A DNA stretch of 64,000 nucleotides from the human T2T-CHM13v2.0 reference genome, Homo sapiens (GCF_009914755.1 NC_060932.1); one strand, 5' to 3'; positions 25,039-41,445 are shown, numbered from the stretch's first letter. The notes: a model not told the origin generated them from the letters alone. Made by a program: numbers and translations.

Positions 25039-25547
25039 TATGGTATGACTGCAAAAATACCTCTGATCGTTACACTTTCCTGTGTCTATATCTCTTGCAT
25101 CTCTGCCTATCAAGGAGTGGGGACCATTTCCCACCCCCTTAAATCTGAGCTGGTTTTGTGACTGAGTTTGACATACAGAAAGGACCAGATGTGATTGGGT
25201 ACCAACTATGAGCTTTGGCTTCAAAAGGCTTTTCCTGCTTTGGTTGACTCTCTTGGAACCCATGCCATGCCATGAGAAGAAACACAAACTAGCGTGCTGG
25301 AAGATGAGAGACCACCTGGACCAGAGATAAGTCATTCCAGTTCTGCCCACCCTAGATCATCAACTCATAGCTGGCCCAGTTGCTGATGTCAACACGTGAG
25401 GAATTGCAGTGGCAATCACCCAAAACCAGAATTGTCCCATCTGAGACCAACCTAAATTGATCCACAGAATTGAGAGCTAAATAAACTGTTGTTTTGAGCC
25501 ACTGAATTTTGAGGTAGTTTATTAGACAGCCATAGCTAACTGATGTA
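25039..25547 (+). mobile_element. MaLR solo LTR (MLT1H/G-like)
   Basis: AAATCTGAGCTGGTTTTGTGACT...GATGAGAGACCAC...TTTTGAGCCACTGAATTTTGAGGTAGTTT...TAGCTAACTGAT. Confidence 0.85.
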
Positions 25548-25874
25548 AAGATAAATTCTCTTTCTACATGGCAATCCTTATACCTATGATGTAAACAATA
25601 ATTTTATGATGACTTTATTAGAAAAATACCATGTAATTCAATAGTATTTTTTTTCCAATTTGATTATACTAACCAGTATTCATGTAATCATGACTGTCTT
25701 TGAATGAATATACAATTGTCAGCTAGGAAATTGATGAATCAATATGAAAATAAAATACCACCACAACAATAAAAGTAAAATAGAATTCCACAGATGAAGA
25801 ATCAAAGCACATGTTCAAAAGCAGTCATATATATATTGAATTTATAGAATTATTTTAAAAATCCAGTGATTTAC

Positions 25875-26056
25875 AAGTAATTCTGAAACTAATCCTATGA
25901 AGTAGATAATACTATTATCACCTATTTTACATATGAGAAAACTGAGGCTTAAAGAAATTAAATAATGTATAATAGTTTACTGAGATAGGAAGTGGACGGA
26001 ATACAAATCAAATCTCAAGTCTCTCTGATACCAGAGCCCATGATCCTTACTACTGT
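25875..26056 (-). mobile_element. MIR (MIRb-like)
   Basis: CCTATGAAGTAGAT...ATTTTACATATGAGAAAACTGAGGCTTAAAGA...CCAGAGCCCATGATC. Confidence 0.85.
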
Positions 26057-26058
26057 GA

Positions 26059-26252
26059 CAGGAGTTCTCAGCCCTGGCTCCATATTAGAATCATTTTGGG
26101 AAGCATTTTTAAACTTCATTTTACAGACACATTCTGAGAAAAATTAAATCAGCATCTCTGGGAGTTTGCAGAGAGATGGGCTATTGGTGTGTTTTTGTTT
26201 TTTAAAACTCCTCAAAGATAATACCTGTAAAAAGCCAGAGTTAAACTTCATT
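26059..26252. mobile_element. MER5A/B hAT relic
   Basis: GTTCTCAGCCCTGGCTCCATATTAGAATCA...AAATCAGCATCTCTGGG...TTTTAAAACTCCTCA. Confidence 0.7.
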
Positions 26253-27977
26253 TCATTATGTGTTGCACTTAGAAGGAAATTGCTAATCCTTCATATTGCT
26301 AATCCTTCAATTGCTAATCCTCAATGGCCCTTCATAGCTTAAACTCTGCCCATCTCCAGACTCATCTTGGACCTCATTTCCACTCCATGGATTGTTACTG
26401 TTATTAAAATACAGCTTTAATATTCCAAAAAACATCATCCAGCTGTGAGATGGATTTAGAATTTACACAAGCACCACTGAGTCATGTTGATTCTACACTT
26501 GAATGTACCAAAAACTTACTTATATAACCTCAAGTAGGTTCTTTAATCCCACAAAGCCACAGCATCCTCACGGACACAGTAGGTTTGGAGATATTTTTTA
26601 TCCAAGACCTCACAGTGTTTAAAAAATATAATATGATCCTAAAGAGATTCTACAGTTTTATGGGAGCTTCTAATTGGCAACAGACTAGCAGCTTACCACT
26701 GAAAGCAATCACATAAGGATTCAGGAATCAGTGAATTTTCTGTATTTCACTGCCATCTATTGGATTTCAGCTGTATCCGAAATGTTTTCGGTTATTCCCA
26801 TAGAGATCAATTCAACATTAAACAGTCCTGCCCACTTTGGAATGAAGGCAGGTGCTCTTTTGAGCAAAATAAGATTTTTCCCTATTATCATTTAAGACTA
26901 ACTAAGCCTACTAAAATAACTAAATATCCCATTTAGGAAATATATCTGGGAACATGTATTCCTACTATCTGCAAAAGTTAAGTTTCATTTGTCAGGAAGG
27001 ACTAAGGCCAAATGATAGGATTATGAAAACTAAAAATATCAGCCAAGGATCTTCTAAGTCAAGATTGAGCTGAAATGTGTTCATTAGGTATTCATATATT
27101 GAAGTTAATAATAATGTAGGCAGACTTGCCAATACTGATGCGTAGATTTTTATTTTTGTGGGAAGATATGCGTAAGGACTGAAATTTCAACAATGGAGAG
27201 GATCAAGATTTTGAGAGAAACCATTTTTAAAAAACACTAAATGTATTTTTTTACACATGCTAGTATTCTCCAATGACCATCTTCACACAGTTTGAGAGTG
27301 TATGCAGCAGTAACTTGGAGTCTCTGCCAGAAGACAAACCATAATTATTTTATATTTTCTTGCTGCACATTTCTCAAAATTTTGATACATTCTGAGAATA
27401 ATTCATTCTTAATTGAAGATATATTGTTGCTAACATTCAGCATCAACTTCTTCCAACATCTTATGAAAAATTCAAATATTGATTGTAAGACTTTTATGGT
27501 GAATATTAACTTGTAACTTGGTTTTAACCATTAATATTTCACTATATCTGCTGTGTCACAAATCCATCATTCTTTCCATCATGAATCTATCTCGTTTTTA
27601 TCATTTTATTAACGTAGACGTCAGTACATTCTTCCCTAAATGCTTCTGCATTCTTATCATTAAATAGAGTTTAATATTTGTTTAATTTTGTCATTTCCTG
27701 GATGACTAATAATATTGATCACTTATGTATTGGTTGACTATTCATATATCTCCTTTGTGAAGTGTGGTCTAATCCTTTACACATTTTTAACTGGGATATT
27801 TGTCTGTTGTTAAGTAGTAGATATTTTAAAAATGCATTTTATTTTATATGACACATACTATATAAATGTAGACTATATAAAATATGCTTATAAAATATAC
27901 TATTTTTAAAATATGCTGTTCTTTGTCATGTATCTGTTTTACAGATATTTTCTCCCTAAACATGGTTTAAATTTTTT

Positions 27978-27992
27978 TCTCTCTCTTTCTTC

Positions 27993-28051
<59 letters not shown>

Positions 28052-28052
28052 T

Positions 28053-28104
<52 letters not shown>

Positions 28105-28115
28105 TTCTTTCTTTC

Positions 28116-28197
<82 letters not shown>

Positions 28198-28206
28198 CTC
28201 TCTTTC
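27978..28206. repeat. Long compound (TTTC)n tetranucleotide STR, about 230 bp
   Basis: Directly visible; several pure TTTC runs with short interruptions. Confidence 0.98.
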
Positions 28207-28211
28207 ACTCA

Positions 28212-28381
28212 ATTTTTGTTTGTTTGTTTGTTTCAGACAGATCTTGCTCTTATTGCCCAGGCTGGAGTGCAGTGGCATAATCATAGCTCACTGTAGCCTC
28301 AACCTCCCTGCTCAGGCAATTCTTCTGCTTCAGTCTGTCAAGTAGCTGGGACTACAGGCACACACCACCAAGCTCAGCTAA
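28212..28381 (-). mobile_element. AluJ right arm / FRAM
   Basis: TTGCCCAGGCTGGAGTGCAGTGGCATAATCATAGCTCACTGTAGCCTCAACCTCC...GGGACTACAGGC. Confidence 0.9.
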
Positions 28382-29424
28382 ACAATAGTCTCTGAGAAGC
28401 AAAATTTTGATAAAATCAATTTTAAATATCTTTCCTTATTTTCATTGCTATCTGGGACCCCTCTAGGACGCTTGTCCACTGCCAAGTCATGAAGATATTG
28501 TTGGATGATGACCTCTAAAGCTTTATGATTTTAGTCTTTACATTTAGGTTGATGATCTAATTTGAATTAAATTTTGTGTATAAAATCAGGTAGAGATCCA
28601 TGTTCTTTTTTTTTTTTTTAAATGTACGTCCAGTTGGTAGAGTACCATTTGTTAACAGACTTTCCCCCATTGAATGTTTTGGCAACTTTGTTTACAATCA
28701 AATGACTTTGCAAGTGTGAGTCAACTTTGAGTCCTCTTCTCTATTTTATTGAATAACTGTCTTTCTGTTTGTAGTTTTATATGTGTTGAAGTCAAGTAAT
28801 ATGTCTTACAAATTTGTTCTTCTATTATAAGTTTGCTTTGGATATTCTAGATCTTTTGCATTTTTACATGAATTTCAGAATAAGTTTCCCTATTTTTACA
28901 AAACAGTCTCTAGGTATATTACTGGGATTATGTCCAAATCTACATATATATTGTGACTGTGGATTGGCATTTTAATAATACTCATATTTTCAACCTTTTA
29001 ATATGTCTTCATTTATTTGTCCTCTTTAATTCCTGTCAGTAATGTTTTATAATTTTGAGCATATAAATCTTCCACTTATTTTGTTAAAATATTTTTTCTA
29101 GGAATTTTGTTCCTTATCATGCTGTTTTAAATTGAATTATTTTCTAAAATTTATCTCCCTCATTTTGTGCTGTCATTATGACAAAATTTGACTTCTGTAT
29201 GTTAACCTTGTATCCTACAATTTTTCCTAATTTACTTATTCATTCTAGTAGTTGTTCGGTAGATCTTATAGGATTTTTGTATGTTATAGGATTTTTGTAT
29301 GTAAATAATTAGTTCGCTTTGCATAGTTTTATTCCTCTTTTTTCTGATATCTATGGTTATTATTTATTTTTCTTGTTTTATTGGTATAGTTATGACCATG
29401 CTGAATAAAAGTGGCAAGTATATT

Positions 29425-32460
<3,036 letters not shown>

Positions 32461-32709
32461 CTGGTAAGCTTTTGGGTTTTGTTGTTGTTGATGATTATGA
32501 TGTGTAGTATTTTTATTAGTACTCAGTTTTGCCTTGTAATTTCTCCTTTCAACTATGATTATTTAGAAGTGCATTGTTTCATAACCAAATTGTATTTTTT
32601 CTATATTACTTATTTATTTATATTTAATTATAATGTGTTGGGAGGACATACTCTGGATGCTTTTAGTTTATTTAGACTTATTTTGTAGCACAGCATATTG
32701 TCTTTCTGG

Positions 32710-32830
32710 ATGACCTGAGCTAAGCAAAGCAGGTTGCCTGCTGAAGCAGTAGTGAAGAGTCATTCCCGTTTCCACTCATGATTCACAGGCCCGTGAGACC
32801 TGGCTACAATAGAAGCAACAATATCTATTG
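32710..32830 (-). mobile_element. ERVL/MaLR internal (pol 3') fragment
   Basis: CATTCCCGTTTCCAC...TGATTCACAGGCCCGTGAGACCTGGCTA...TATTGG resembles antisense HERVL-type internal sequence as recalled. Confidence 0.55.
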
Positions 32831-32899
32831 GAAGCTGATTTTAAGCATGTATAACTAGTGTAACCGATAGATGTTCTGCAAATAAAGTAATTATTTGAT

Positions 32900-33270
32900 A
32901 GTCTCTTGGAAAAAATAGAAAGAAGAAAAAAGGCAAAAATGATCAAAGTTAAGATTAAAACAATTTCTCCAGATATTAAAAATATTCTGAGGGGCTATTT
33001 TAGAAAACTTTTTCAATAAACCTGAAAATTAAATGAAATAGACAAATCACAGCTTACTTATATTAACAAAATAAAAAGGGAAAGTTAAATAGTCCAATAT
33101 GTACTACACATTGGAACCCAGAATTAAAAGCTTTCCTAAAAGAAAACTCACCAGTGGATTTTAAGCTATAACACCTATATAACACAATTTTATTAAGATT
33201 TTTTAAAGTGCTAATGTTTTCTAAATTATTTAGGAAGCCTAATTATCTTTATGCCAAAATCTGATAGGGC
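32900..33270 (+). mobile_element. Old L1M ORF2 fragment
   Basis: AAACCTGAAAATTAAATGAAATAGACAAAT...TTAAATAGTCC...AAAGAAAACTC...ATGCCAAAATCTGA. Confidence 0.55.
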
Positions 33271-33423
33271 TTTTCTTTTTAAATTTTTTTTTAGTTTTTA
33301 GTTTTTTGGGGCATATAATAGGTGTATATATTTATGAAGTGCATGAGATATTTTGATACAGGCATAGAATGCATAATATTCACACCAGGGTAAATGGGAT
33401 ATCCATCACCTCAAGCAGTTATT

Positions 33424-33716
33424 CTTTTTTTAATTTAATTTAATTTAAAGTTCTGGGATACATGTGTGGGATGTGCAGGTTTGTTACACAGGTAAATGTG
33501 TGTTGTGGTGGTTTGCTGCACCTATCAACCCATTACCTAGGTATTAAGCCCTGCATGCATTAGCTATTTAACCTGATGCTCTCTCTCTCCCCCGCCACCA
33601 CCACCGCAGGCCCCCACATGTATTATCCCCCTCCCAGTGTCCATGTGTTCTCATTGTTCGGCTCCCACTTATAAGTGAGAAGATGTGTTTCTTGGTTTTC
33701 TCTTCCTGTGTTAGTT
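33424..33716 (-). mobile_element. 5'-truncated L1PA (about PA8-11) nested in the L1MA 3' UTR
   Basis: AAGTTCTGGGATACATGTG...GCTGCACCTATCAACCC...TGTGTTAGTT; 13-bp TSD TCAAGCAGTTATT (33411-33423, 33717-33729). Confidence 0.93.
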
Positions 33717-35914
33717 TCAAGCAGTTATTATTTGTGTTACAAATAATCCAATTTAAACTCTTTTAGTTATCTTAAAATGTACAATTAACTTATTGACTAT
33801 AGTCATCCTGTGGTTTTATCAAATAGAATATCTTATTCATTCTTTCTATTTTTTTGTACCCATTAGCCATCCCCACTTGCTCCCATCCCTCCGCGCCCAC
33901 CCCTCCAGTATGCTTCCCAGTCTCTGGTGACTAGCCTTCTACTCTCTATCTTCATGAGTTCAATTGCTTTAATTTTTAGCTCCCACTAATAAGTGAGAAC
34001 ATGCAAAGTTTGTCTCTCTTTGCCTGGCATATTTCATTTAGCATCATGACCTCCAGTTCCATTGATGTTGTTGCAAATGACAGGATCTCAATCTCTTTTA
34101 TGGCTGAATAGTACTCCATTGTGTATATGTACTACATTTTCTTTATATATTTGTCTGTTGATGCACACTTAGGTTGCTTCCAAATCTTGGTTATTATGAA
34201 TAGTGCTGCAATAAACATGGGAGTGCAGATATCTCTTCAATATACTGGTTTCCTTTCTTTGGGGTATATACCCAGCAGTGGGATTGCTGAATTTTATAAT
34301 ACCTTGATTTTTAGTTTTTTGAGGAACTTCCAAACTGTTCTCCATAGTGGTTGTACTAATTTACATTCCCACCAACAGTGTACGAAGGTTTCCTTTTCCC
34401 CACATCCTCACCAGCATTTGTTATTGCCTGTCTTCTTGATTAAAGAAAACATTTTTACTGGGGTGACATCATATCTCATTGTCTTTTTGATTTGAATTTC
34501 TCTGATGATCAGTGGTGTTGAGCACCTTTTCATATGCCTGTTTGTCATTTGTATGTTTTCTTCTGGGAAATGTCTATTCAGATCGTTTGCTCATTTTAAT
34601 CAGATTATTTGATTTTTTCCTATACAGTTGTCTGAGCTGCTTATATATTCTCATTATTAATCCCTTGTCAAGTAGATAGTTTGCAAATATTTTCTCTCAT
34701 TCTGTGGGCTGTCTCTTCACTTTGTTGATTGTTTCCTTTGCTGTGCAGAAACTTTTTAACTTAATATGAACCCATTTGTCTATATTTGCTTTTGTTGACT
34801 GTAATTGTGGGGTATTCCTCAGAAATCTTTGCTCAGTCCAATGTCCTGGAGAGTTTCTACAATGTTTTCTTTTAGTTGTTTCATAGTTTGAGATCTTAGA
34901 TTTAAGTCTTTCATCCATTGCGATTTGATTTCTTTATATGGCAAGACTTTTTATATGGCTTTGGGTAGTATGCACATTTTACCAATATTGATTCTTCAAA
35001 TTCATGAACATGGAATATCCTTCCATATTTTTGTGTCCTCTGCAATTGACTGCATCAGTGTTTTATAGTATTCATTATAGAAATGTTTCACTTTTTTGTT
35101 CATTGCTAGGTATTTAATTTTATTTGTAGCTGTTGTAAATAGAATTACTTCATGATTTCTTGTTCAGATTGTTTGTTGCTGGCATATAGAAATGCTGCTG
35201 ATTTTTGTACATTGATTTTGTATCCTGCAAATTTACTGAGTTTGTATATCAATTCTAATAGTTTCTTGGTGGAGTCTTTAGGTTTTCCCAAATATAAGAT
35301 TATATCATCTGCAAACACAGTTAATTTGAGTTCTTCCTTTCCAATTTGGATGCCCTTTATTTCTTTCTCTTGTCTGATTGCTGTAGCTAGAACTTCCAGT
35401 ACTACGTCTAATAACAGTGGTGACAATGGTCATCCTTGTCATGTTCCAGATTTTAGAGGAAAGGCTTTCAGGTTTTCCCCATTCAGTATGATACTAGCCA
35501 TGGGTTTGTCATATATGGCTTTTGTTATGTTGAGGTATATTTATTCTACACCCAGTTTTTTGGAGGTTCTTATAATGAAGGAATGTTGAATTTAATAAAA
35601 TGCCTTTACAGCATCAGTTGAAATGATCACATGGGTTTTGTCCTTCATTCTGTTGATATGATGTACCACATTGATTGATTTATGTATGTTTAACAATCTT
35701 TGCTTCCCTGGTATAAATTCCGCTTGGTCATGATAAGTGATCATTTAATGTGCTGTTGAAATCAATTTCTAGTATTTTATTGAGGATTTTTGCATCCATG
35801 TTTATCAGGGATATTGGCTTGTAGTTTTCTCTTTTTGATGTGTCTTTGTCATATTTTGATATCAGGGTAATGTTGAAATCAGTTTGAAATCAGTTTGAAA
35901 GTATCCCCTTCTTC

Positions 35915-36018
35915 ATAGCTTGAACCCGGGATGTGGAGGTTGCAGTGAGCCGAGATCGTGCCATCGCACTCCAGCCTGGGGGACAAGAGCAAGACTTCAT
36001 CTCAAAAAAAAAAAAAAA
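35915..36018 (+). mobile_element. 5'-truncated AluS (Sq/Sp-like) right-arm end
   Basis: GCTTGAACCCGGG...GACAAGAGCAAGACT...poly(A); 17-bp TSD with 2 mismatches (35898-35914, 36016-36032). Confidence 0.93.
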
Positions 36019-38207
36019 GTATTCCCTCCTTCTCTATTTTTGGAAATAGTTGGAGTAGGATTAATATTACTTTTTCTTTAAATGTTTGGTAAAATACAGC
36101 AGTGACGTCATTGGGTCCTGGGCTTTTCTTTGCTGGGAGACTTTTTTTATGGCATTGATCTTATTAATTGCTGTTTGTTGTTGGTCTCTTCAGCTTTTGT
36201 ATTTTCTCATGGCTGCATAGTGGTAGCTTGTGTGTGTCTAGAAATTTGTACATTTGTTCTAGTAGCTTGTATGTGTCTAGGAATTTGTACATTTGTTCTA
36301 GGTTTTCCAATTTATTTGCATGTACTTGCACCTTACGGTAGACTCCAGTGATCCTTTGAATTTCTATGGCATTGTGTGTAATGTCTCCTTTTTTCTCTTT
36401 AATTTTATTTATTTGGGTCTTCTCTCTTTTTTTCTTAGTCTGGCTAAAGGTGTGTTAATTTTATTTATCTTATCAAAAGAAGTTTTCAGTCCATTGATCT
36501 CTTGTATTATTTTCCTGATTTCTATTTAATTTATTTCTGCTCACATCTTTATTGTTTCTTTTCTTCTACTAATTTTGGGTTTGGCTTGCTCTTGCTTTTC
36601 TAGTTCTTTAAGCATCATCAGATCATTTTCAAAAAGTTTTTCTTTTTGTTGATGTAGGTACTCCCTCTTATTACTGTTTTCACTGCATCTCATAGGTTTT
36701 GGTATGTTGTATTTCCATTATCATTTGTTTCAAGAAACTTTAAAATTTCTTTCTTAATTTCTTCATTGACCCACTGGCTCATTCAGTAGCATATTGTTTA
36801 AATTTCCATGTCTTTTTACCTTTCCAATACTCTTCTTGTTATCAATTTCTAATTGTATTCCACTGTGGTCAGAGAATAATTGATTTTTCACTGTGTTAAG
36901 GCTTGTTTTGTAGCCTAACATATGGTCTATCCTTGAGAATGATTTATGTGCTGAGGAGAAAAATGTGTATTCTGTAGCCATTGGATGAAATGTTCTGCAA
37001 TTATCTATTAGGTCCATTTGGTCTATACTGAAGGTTAAGTCCAATTTTTTTGTCGGTTTTTTGTCTGGATGATCTGTCCAATGCTGAAGTGGGGTGTTGA
37101 AGTCTCCAGCTATTACTGTATTAGGGTCTATTTCTCTATTTAGCTCTAATGATATTTGCTTTATATATCTGGGTGTTCCCAGTTTTGGGTGTATATATAT
37201 TTGCAATTGTTATTTTCTCTTGCTGAATTGACTATTTATCATTATATAATGATCTTATTTATCTCTTTTCATAGTTTTTGTCTTGAAATCTATTTTGTTT
37301 GATACAAGTATAGCTACTCCTGTTCTTTTTTGGTTTTTGCTTGCATGGAACTTCTTTTTCCATCCTTTTATTTTCATCATGTGTGTCTTTATAGGTCAAG
37401 TATGTTTTGTGAAAGCAACAGATCATTGGGTCACTATTTTTATTCATTCAGCTAGTTTATGAGTTTTGATTGGAGAGTTTAGTCCATTTACATTCAGTGT
37501 TACTATTGACAAGTAAGATCTTAATCTGATGAGTAAGAACTTAATGCTGCCATTTTGTTATTTGTTTTCTGGTTGTTTGGAGGTTGCTTCTTCCCTTTTT
37601 CCTTTCTTCCTATCTTCCTTTTTGTGAAGGTGATTTTCTCTGTTGGTATGTTTTAATTTCTTGCTCATGCTGCCCATTTGTGTGTTTGTTGTATGCTTTT
37701 TTATTTGAGGTTACCATGAGGCTTGCAGATACTATCTTATGACCCAATATTTTAAGCTAATGACAATGTAACACTGATTGCAAAAACAAACCAACAAATA
37801 AGCAGAGAAAATTAATAAAAACTCTACACTTTCACTTAGTCCCCTCACTTTTAAGCTTTTTGTTGTTTCTATTGTACTGTCTAGGTCTTAAAAAGTTGAA
37901 GGATTATTTTTGATTGGCTCATTTTTAGTCTTTCTACTTAAGATATGAGTAGTTTATGCACCACAATTGCAGTGTTGTAATATTCTGTGCTTTTCTGTGT
38001 ACTTACTATTACCAGAGAGTTTTGTACCTTCAGATGGTTTCTTATTGCTCATTAATGTCTTTCTCTTTCACATTGAAGAACTCCTATCATTTCTTGTAGG
38101 ACAGGTCTGGTGTTGATGAAATCTCTCAGCTTTTGTTGGCTGGGGAAAGTCTTATTTCGCCTTCCTGTTTGAAGGATATTTTCACCAGATATACTAAGTT
38201 ATGATAA

Positions 38208-38538
<331 letters not shown>

Positions 38539-39616
38539 CCTTCAGCACTTTAAATACATGATGCCACACTCTCCTGGTCTGTAAGATTTCCTCTGAAAAG
38601 TCTACTGCCAGATATATTTGAGCTCTGTTGTATGTTATTTGTTTCTTTTTTCTTGCTGCTTTTAGGATCCTTTCTTTATTTTGTCCTTTGGGAGTTTGAT
38701 TATTAAATGCCTTGAGGTTGCCTTATTTGGGCTAAATCTAGTTGGTGTTCTATAACCTTCTTGTACTTGAATATTGGTTCTTTCTCCAGGTTTTGGGATG
38801 TTCTCAGTTATTACTCCTTTGAATAAGCTTTCTACCCCTATTTCTCTCTCTACCTCCTCTTTAAGGGCAATAACTCTTAGTTTTGCCCTTTTGAGGCTAT
38901 TTTCTAGATCTTATAGGTATACTTCATTCTTTCTTACTCTTTTTGCTTTCATCTCCTCTTTTTATTTTCAAATAGCCTTTCTTCAAGCTCATTAATTTTT
39001 TTCTTCTGCTTTATCAATTCTGGTATTGAGAGACTGTGATGCATTCTTCATTATGTCATTTGTGCTTTTCAACTCTGGAATTTCTGCTTGATTCTTTTAA
39101 TTATTTAATTTCTTTGTTAAGTTTATCTGATAGGATTCTGGATTCCTTCTCTGTCTTATCTTGAATTTCATTGAGTTTCCTCAAAACACCTATTTTGAAT
39201 TCTGTGTCTGAAATGCCACATTTCTGTGTCTCTCATGGATTGGTCCCTGGAGTCTTATGTAGTTTGTTTGGTGAGGTCTTGTTTTCCTGGATGGTCGTGA
39301 TGCTTGTGGATAATCATCAGTGTCTGAGCATTGAAGAGTTAGGCATTTATTATAGTTTTTACAGCCTGGGCTTATTTTTACCTGTCCTTAGGAAGACTTT
39401 CCACGTATTTGAGGGGACTTGGGTCTTGTGATCTAAGTTTTTCATTACTGCAGCCATATCTGCATGAGGGGACACCCCAAGCTCAGTAACACTTTGGCTC
39501 TTGCATACTTGTAAAGATACTACATTGGTGGTCTTGAATAAGATCCAGAAGAATTATCTGGATTACCAAGCAGAGACTCTTATTCTCATCACTTACTTTC
39601 TCACAAACAAATGGGG

Positions 39617-39643
<27 letters not shown>
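39617..39643. repeat. (TC)n microsatellite inside L1MA
   Basis: Directly visible. Confidence 0.9.
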
Positions 39644-39649
<6 letters not shown>

Positions 39650-41077
39650 AGCTGCCTGGATCTGGACATGGGGGGGCCATAAGCACCTCTGGGGCCACCA
39701 ACATTAGAACTGTACTGGGTCAGACTAGAGGGCAGGAAAGCACTGGGACTCACCCAAGGCCCACTGTAACCACTATGTCGCTACTGCCTATGTTCATTCA
39801 AGGCCCTAGAGCTATGCAATTAGCAAGTGACAAAGCCAACCAAGCTTTATTTTTTCCTTCAGGGTGCTGAGTTCCTTTAGCTCTGGGTGGGTCCAGAGAT
39901 GCTGTCTGGGGGCCAGGGCCTGGAGCCAAATACTTTAAGAATATATGTGGTGTTCTATTCTGTTGTGGTTGTGCTGGCTACAATCACAAGACAAAGTCCC
40001 CCGTGCTCTTTCCTCCCTCTTCCACTAGCCAAGGATTCTCTCCCCATGGCCACCACCAGTGCAGGCCTGAAGAGAGTACTACTACCTATGCTCATTGAAG
40101 GCTCAAGGGTTTTTCAGTCAGCTTGTGGTGGATGCTGTCAGACCTGGGACTCCCCTTTCAGGGAAGTGGGCTCCCCTCTGATCCAGGGAAAATACAGAAA
40201 TGATGTCCAAGAAGCAAGGCCTGGAATCAGGTACCCCAAGGGCCTACTTGGTGCTCTACCCCACTGTGGCCAAGCTGGTATTTAAGCTGCAAGACAAAGT
40301 CACTTTTACACTTCCCTCTGCTTTTCTCAAGCAGGAGTCTCTCCCCATAAGCAGCATAGCTGGGAATGTGCTAGATCACATCTGAAGACAGTATGTCTCA
40401 GAGTCTCACCAAAGGCCCATGGCTTGTGCTACCTGGCTACTTCTGCTGCTTATTCAGGGTCCAAGGGCTCTTTAGTCAGCAGGTGTTGACTCTTGCCAAA
40501 ACTGAATCCTTCCCTTCAATCCAGCAGGTTCTCTTCTGGCCCAGCATATGTCAAGAAATGTCATCTGGGAGCTTTGACCTGGGATAAGTGCCTCAGGACT
40601 TGCCTAGTTCCCTGTCCTACTATGGCTGAGCTGGTATTCATGTTGAAAGACATAGTCCTCTTCTCTCCTCAACTGGAAGGATAGAGTCTCTTGGAGCTGT
40701 GAGATGCACTTCCTTGGGCTGGGCTGTCTGATGGGTGGAGAAAACACTCCTTTGGCCACTCCAGCTGGTTTCTCACTGGGCTATGTTACCCACAAAGCCA
40801 CTGGCTTCAAACCCAGCACAGAACCAGGACTTGCCCAGGAATTGCAGTCCCTGTGGCCTAGACTGCTTTTCAAGTTCATATATGCCCCAGAGTACTTTAG
40901 CTCACAGTGGCGAGGCTTGCCAGAACTCAGTTCCAACCACTGGGATCAACAATTCCCCTCTGGCTAGCACTGGTCTAAGTGCTTCCTCCACGGGCATCGG
41001 CTGATGCAGCTATATCTGCATTAGGGGAGAACCCAAGCCCAGTAACACTGTGGCTCTTGCAGGCTTGTAGAGATACC

Positions 41078-41445
41078 TCAAGTCTGTAATGTAGAAATCC
41101 TGCCTGAGTTTCCAATCTGCTGGCTTGTCTTATGGATTTGGACTCAAATTGCATTAGCTCTTACCTCAATTTTCATCCTATCTGCTCTATAGATTCTAAA
41201 CTTGTCAGCACCACTTTTGCTTAAGCTAGTCCTTAAAACAAATAAATTCCTTCCTTCCTTCCTTCTTTCTTTTCTTTCTTTCTTCCTTTCTTTCTTTTCT
41301 TTCTTTCTTCCTTTCTTTCTTTTCTTTCCTTCCTTCCTTTCTTCCTTCTTTCCTTCTTTCCTTCCTTCCTTCCTTCCTTCCTTCCTTCTTTCCTTCTCTA
41401 TCCATCCTATTGGTTTTATTTTTCTGGAAGACCCTGACTAGTACA
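41078..41445 (+). mobile_element. MLT2 (ERVL LTR; MLT2D/C-like) 3' half with an internal TTCC/TTTC microsatellite (41247-41398)
   Basis: CCTGCCTGAGTTTCCAATCTGCTGGC...GGATTTGGACTCAA...TCCTATTGGTTTTATTTTTCTGGAAGACCCTGACTAGTACA. Confidence 0.85.

Larger units (their letters stand above)
27520..29420 (-). mobile_element. Old L1M fragments (3' region/ORF2), interrupted by an STR and an Alu arm
   Basis: TTTACATTTAGGTTGATGATC...TACCATTTGTT...TTAACCTTGTATCCTACAA...GCTGAATAAAAGTGG; diverged antisense L1. Confidence 0.75.

Noticed and set aside
24871-25350. 159-aa minus-strand ORF
   Set aside because: Mostly overlaps an MLT1 LTR antisense; no recognisable domain.
27913-28296. ORFs rich in K/E/R or F/L/S (also at 17233-17515, 20240-20555, 21431-21667, 41202-41468)
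   Set aside because: Translations of purine/pyrimidine microsatellites and low-complexity tracts that lack stop codons; not genes.
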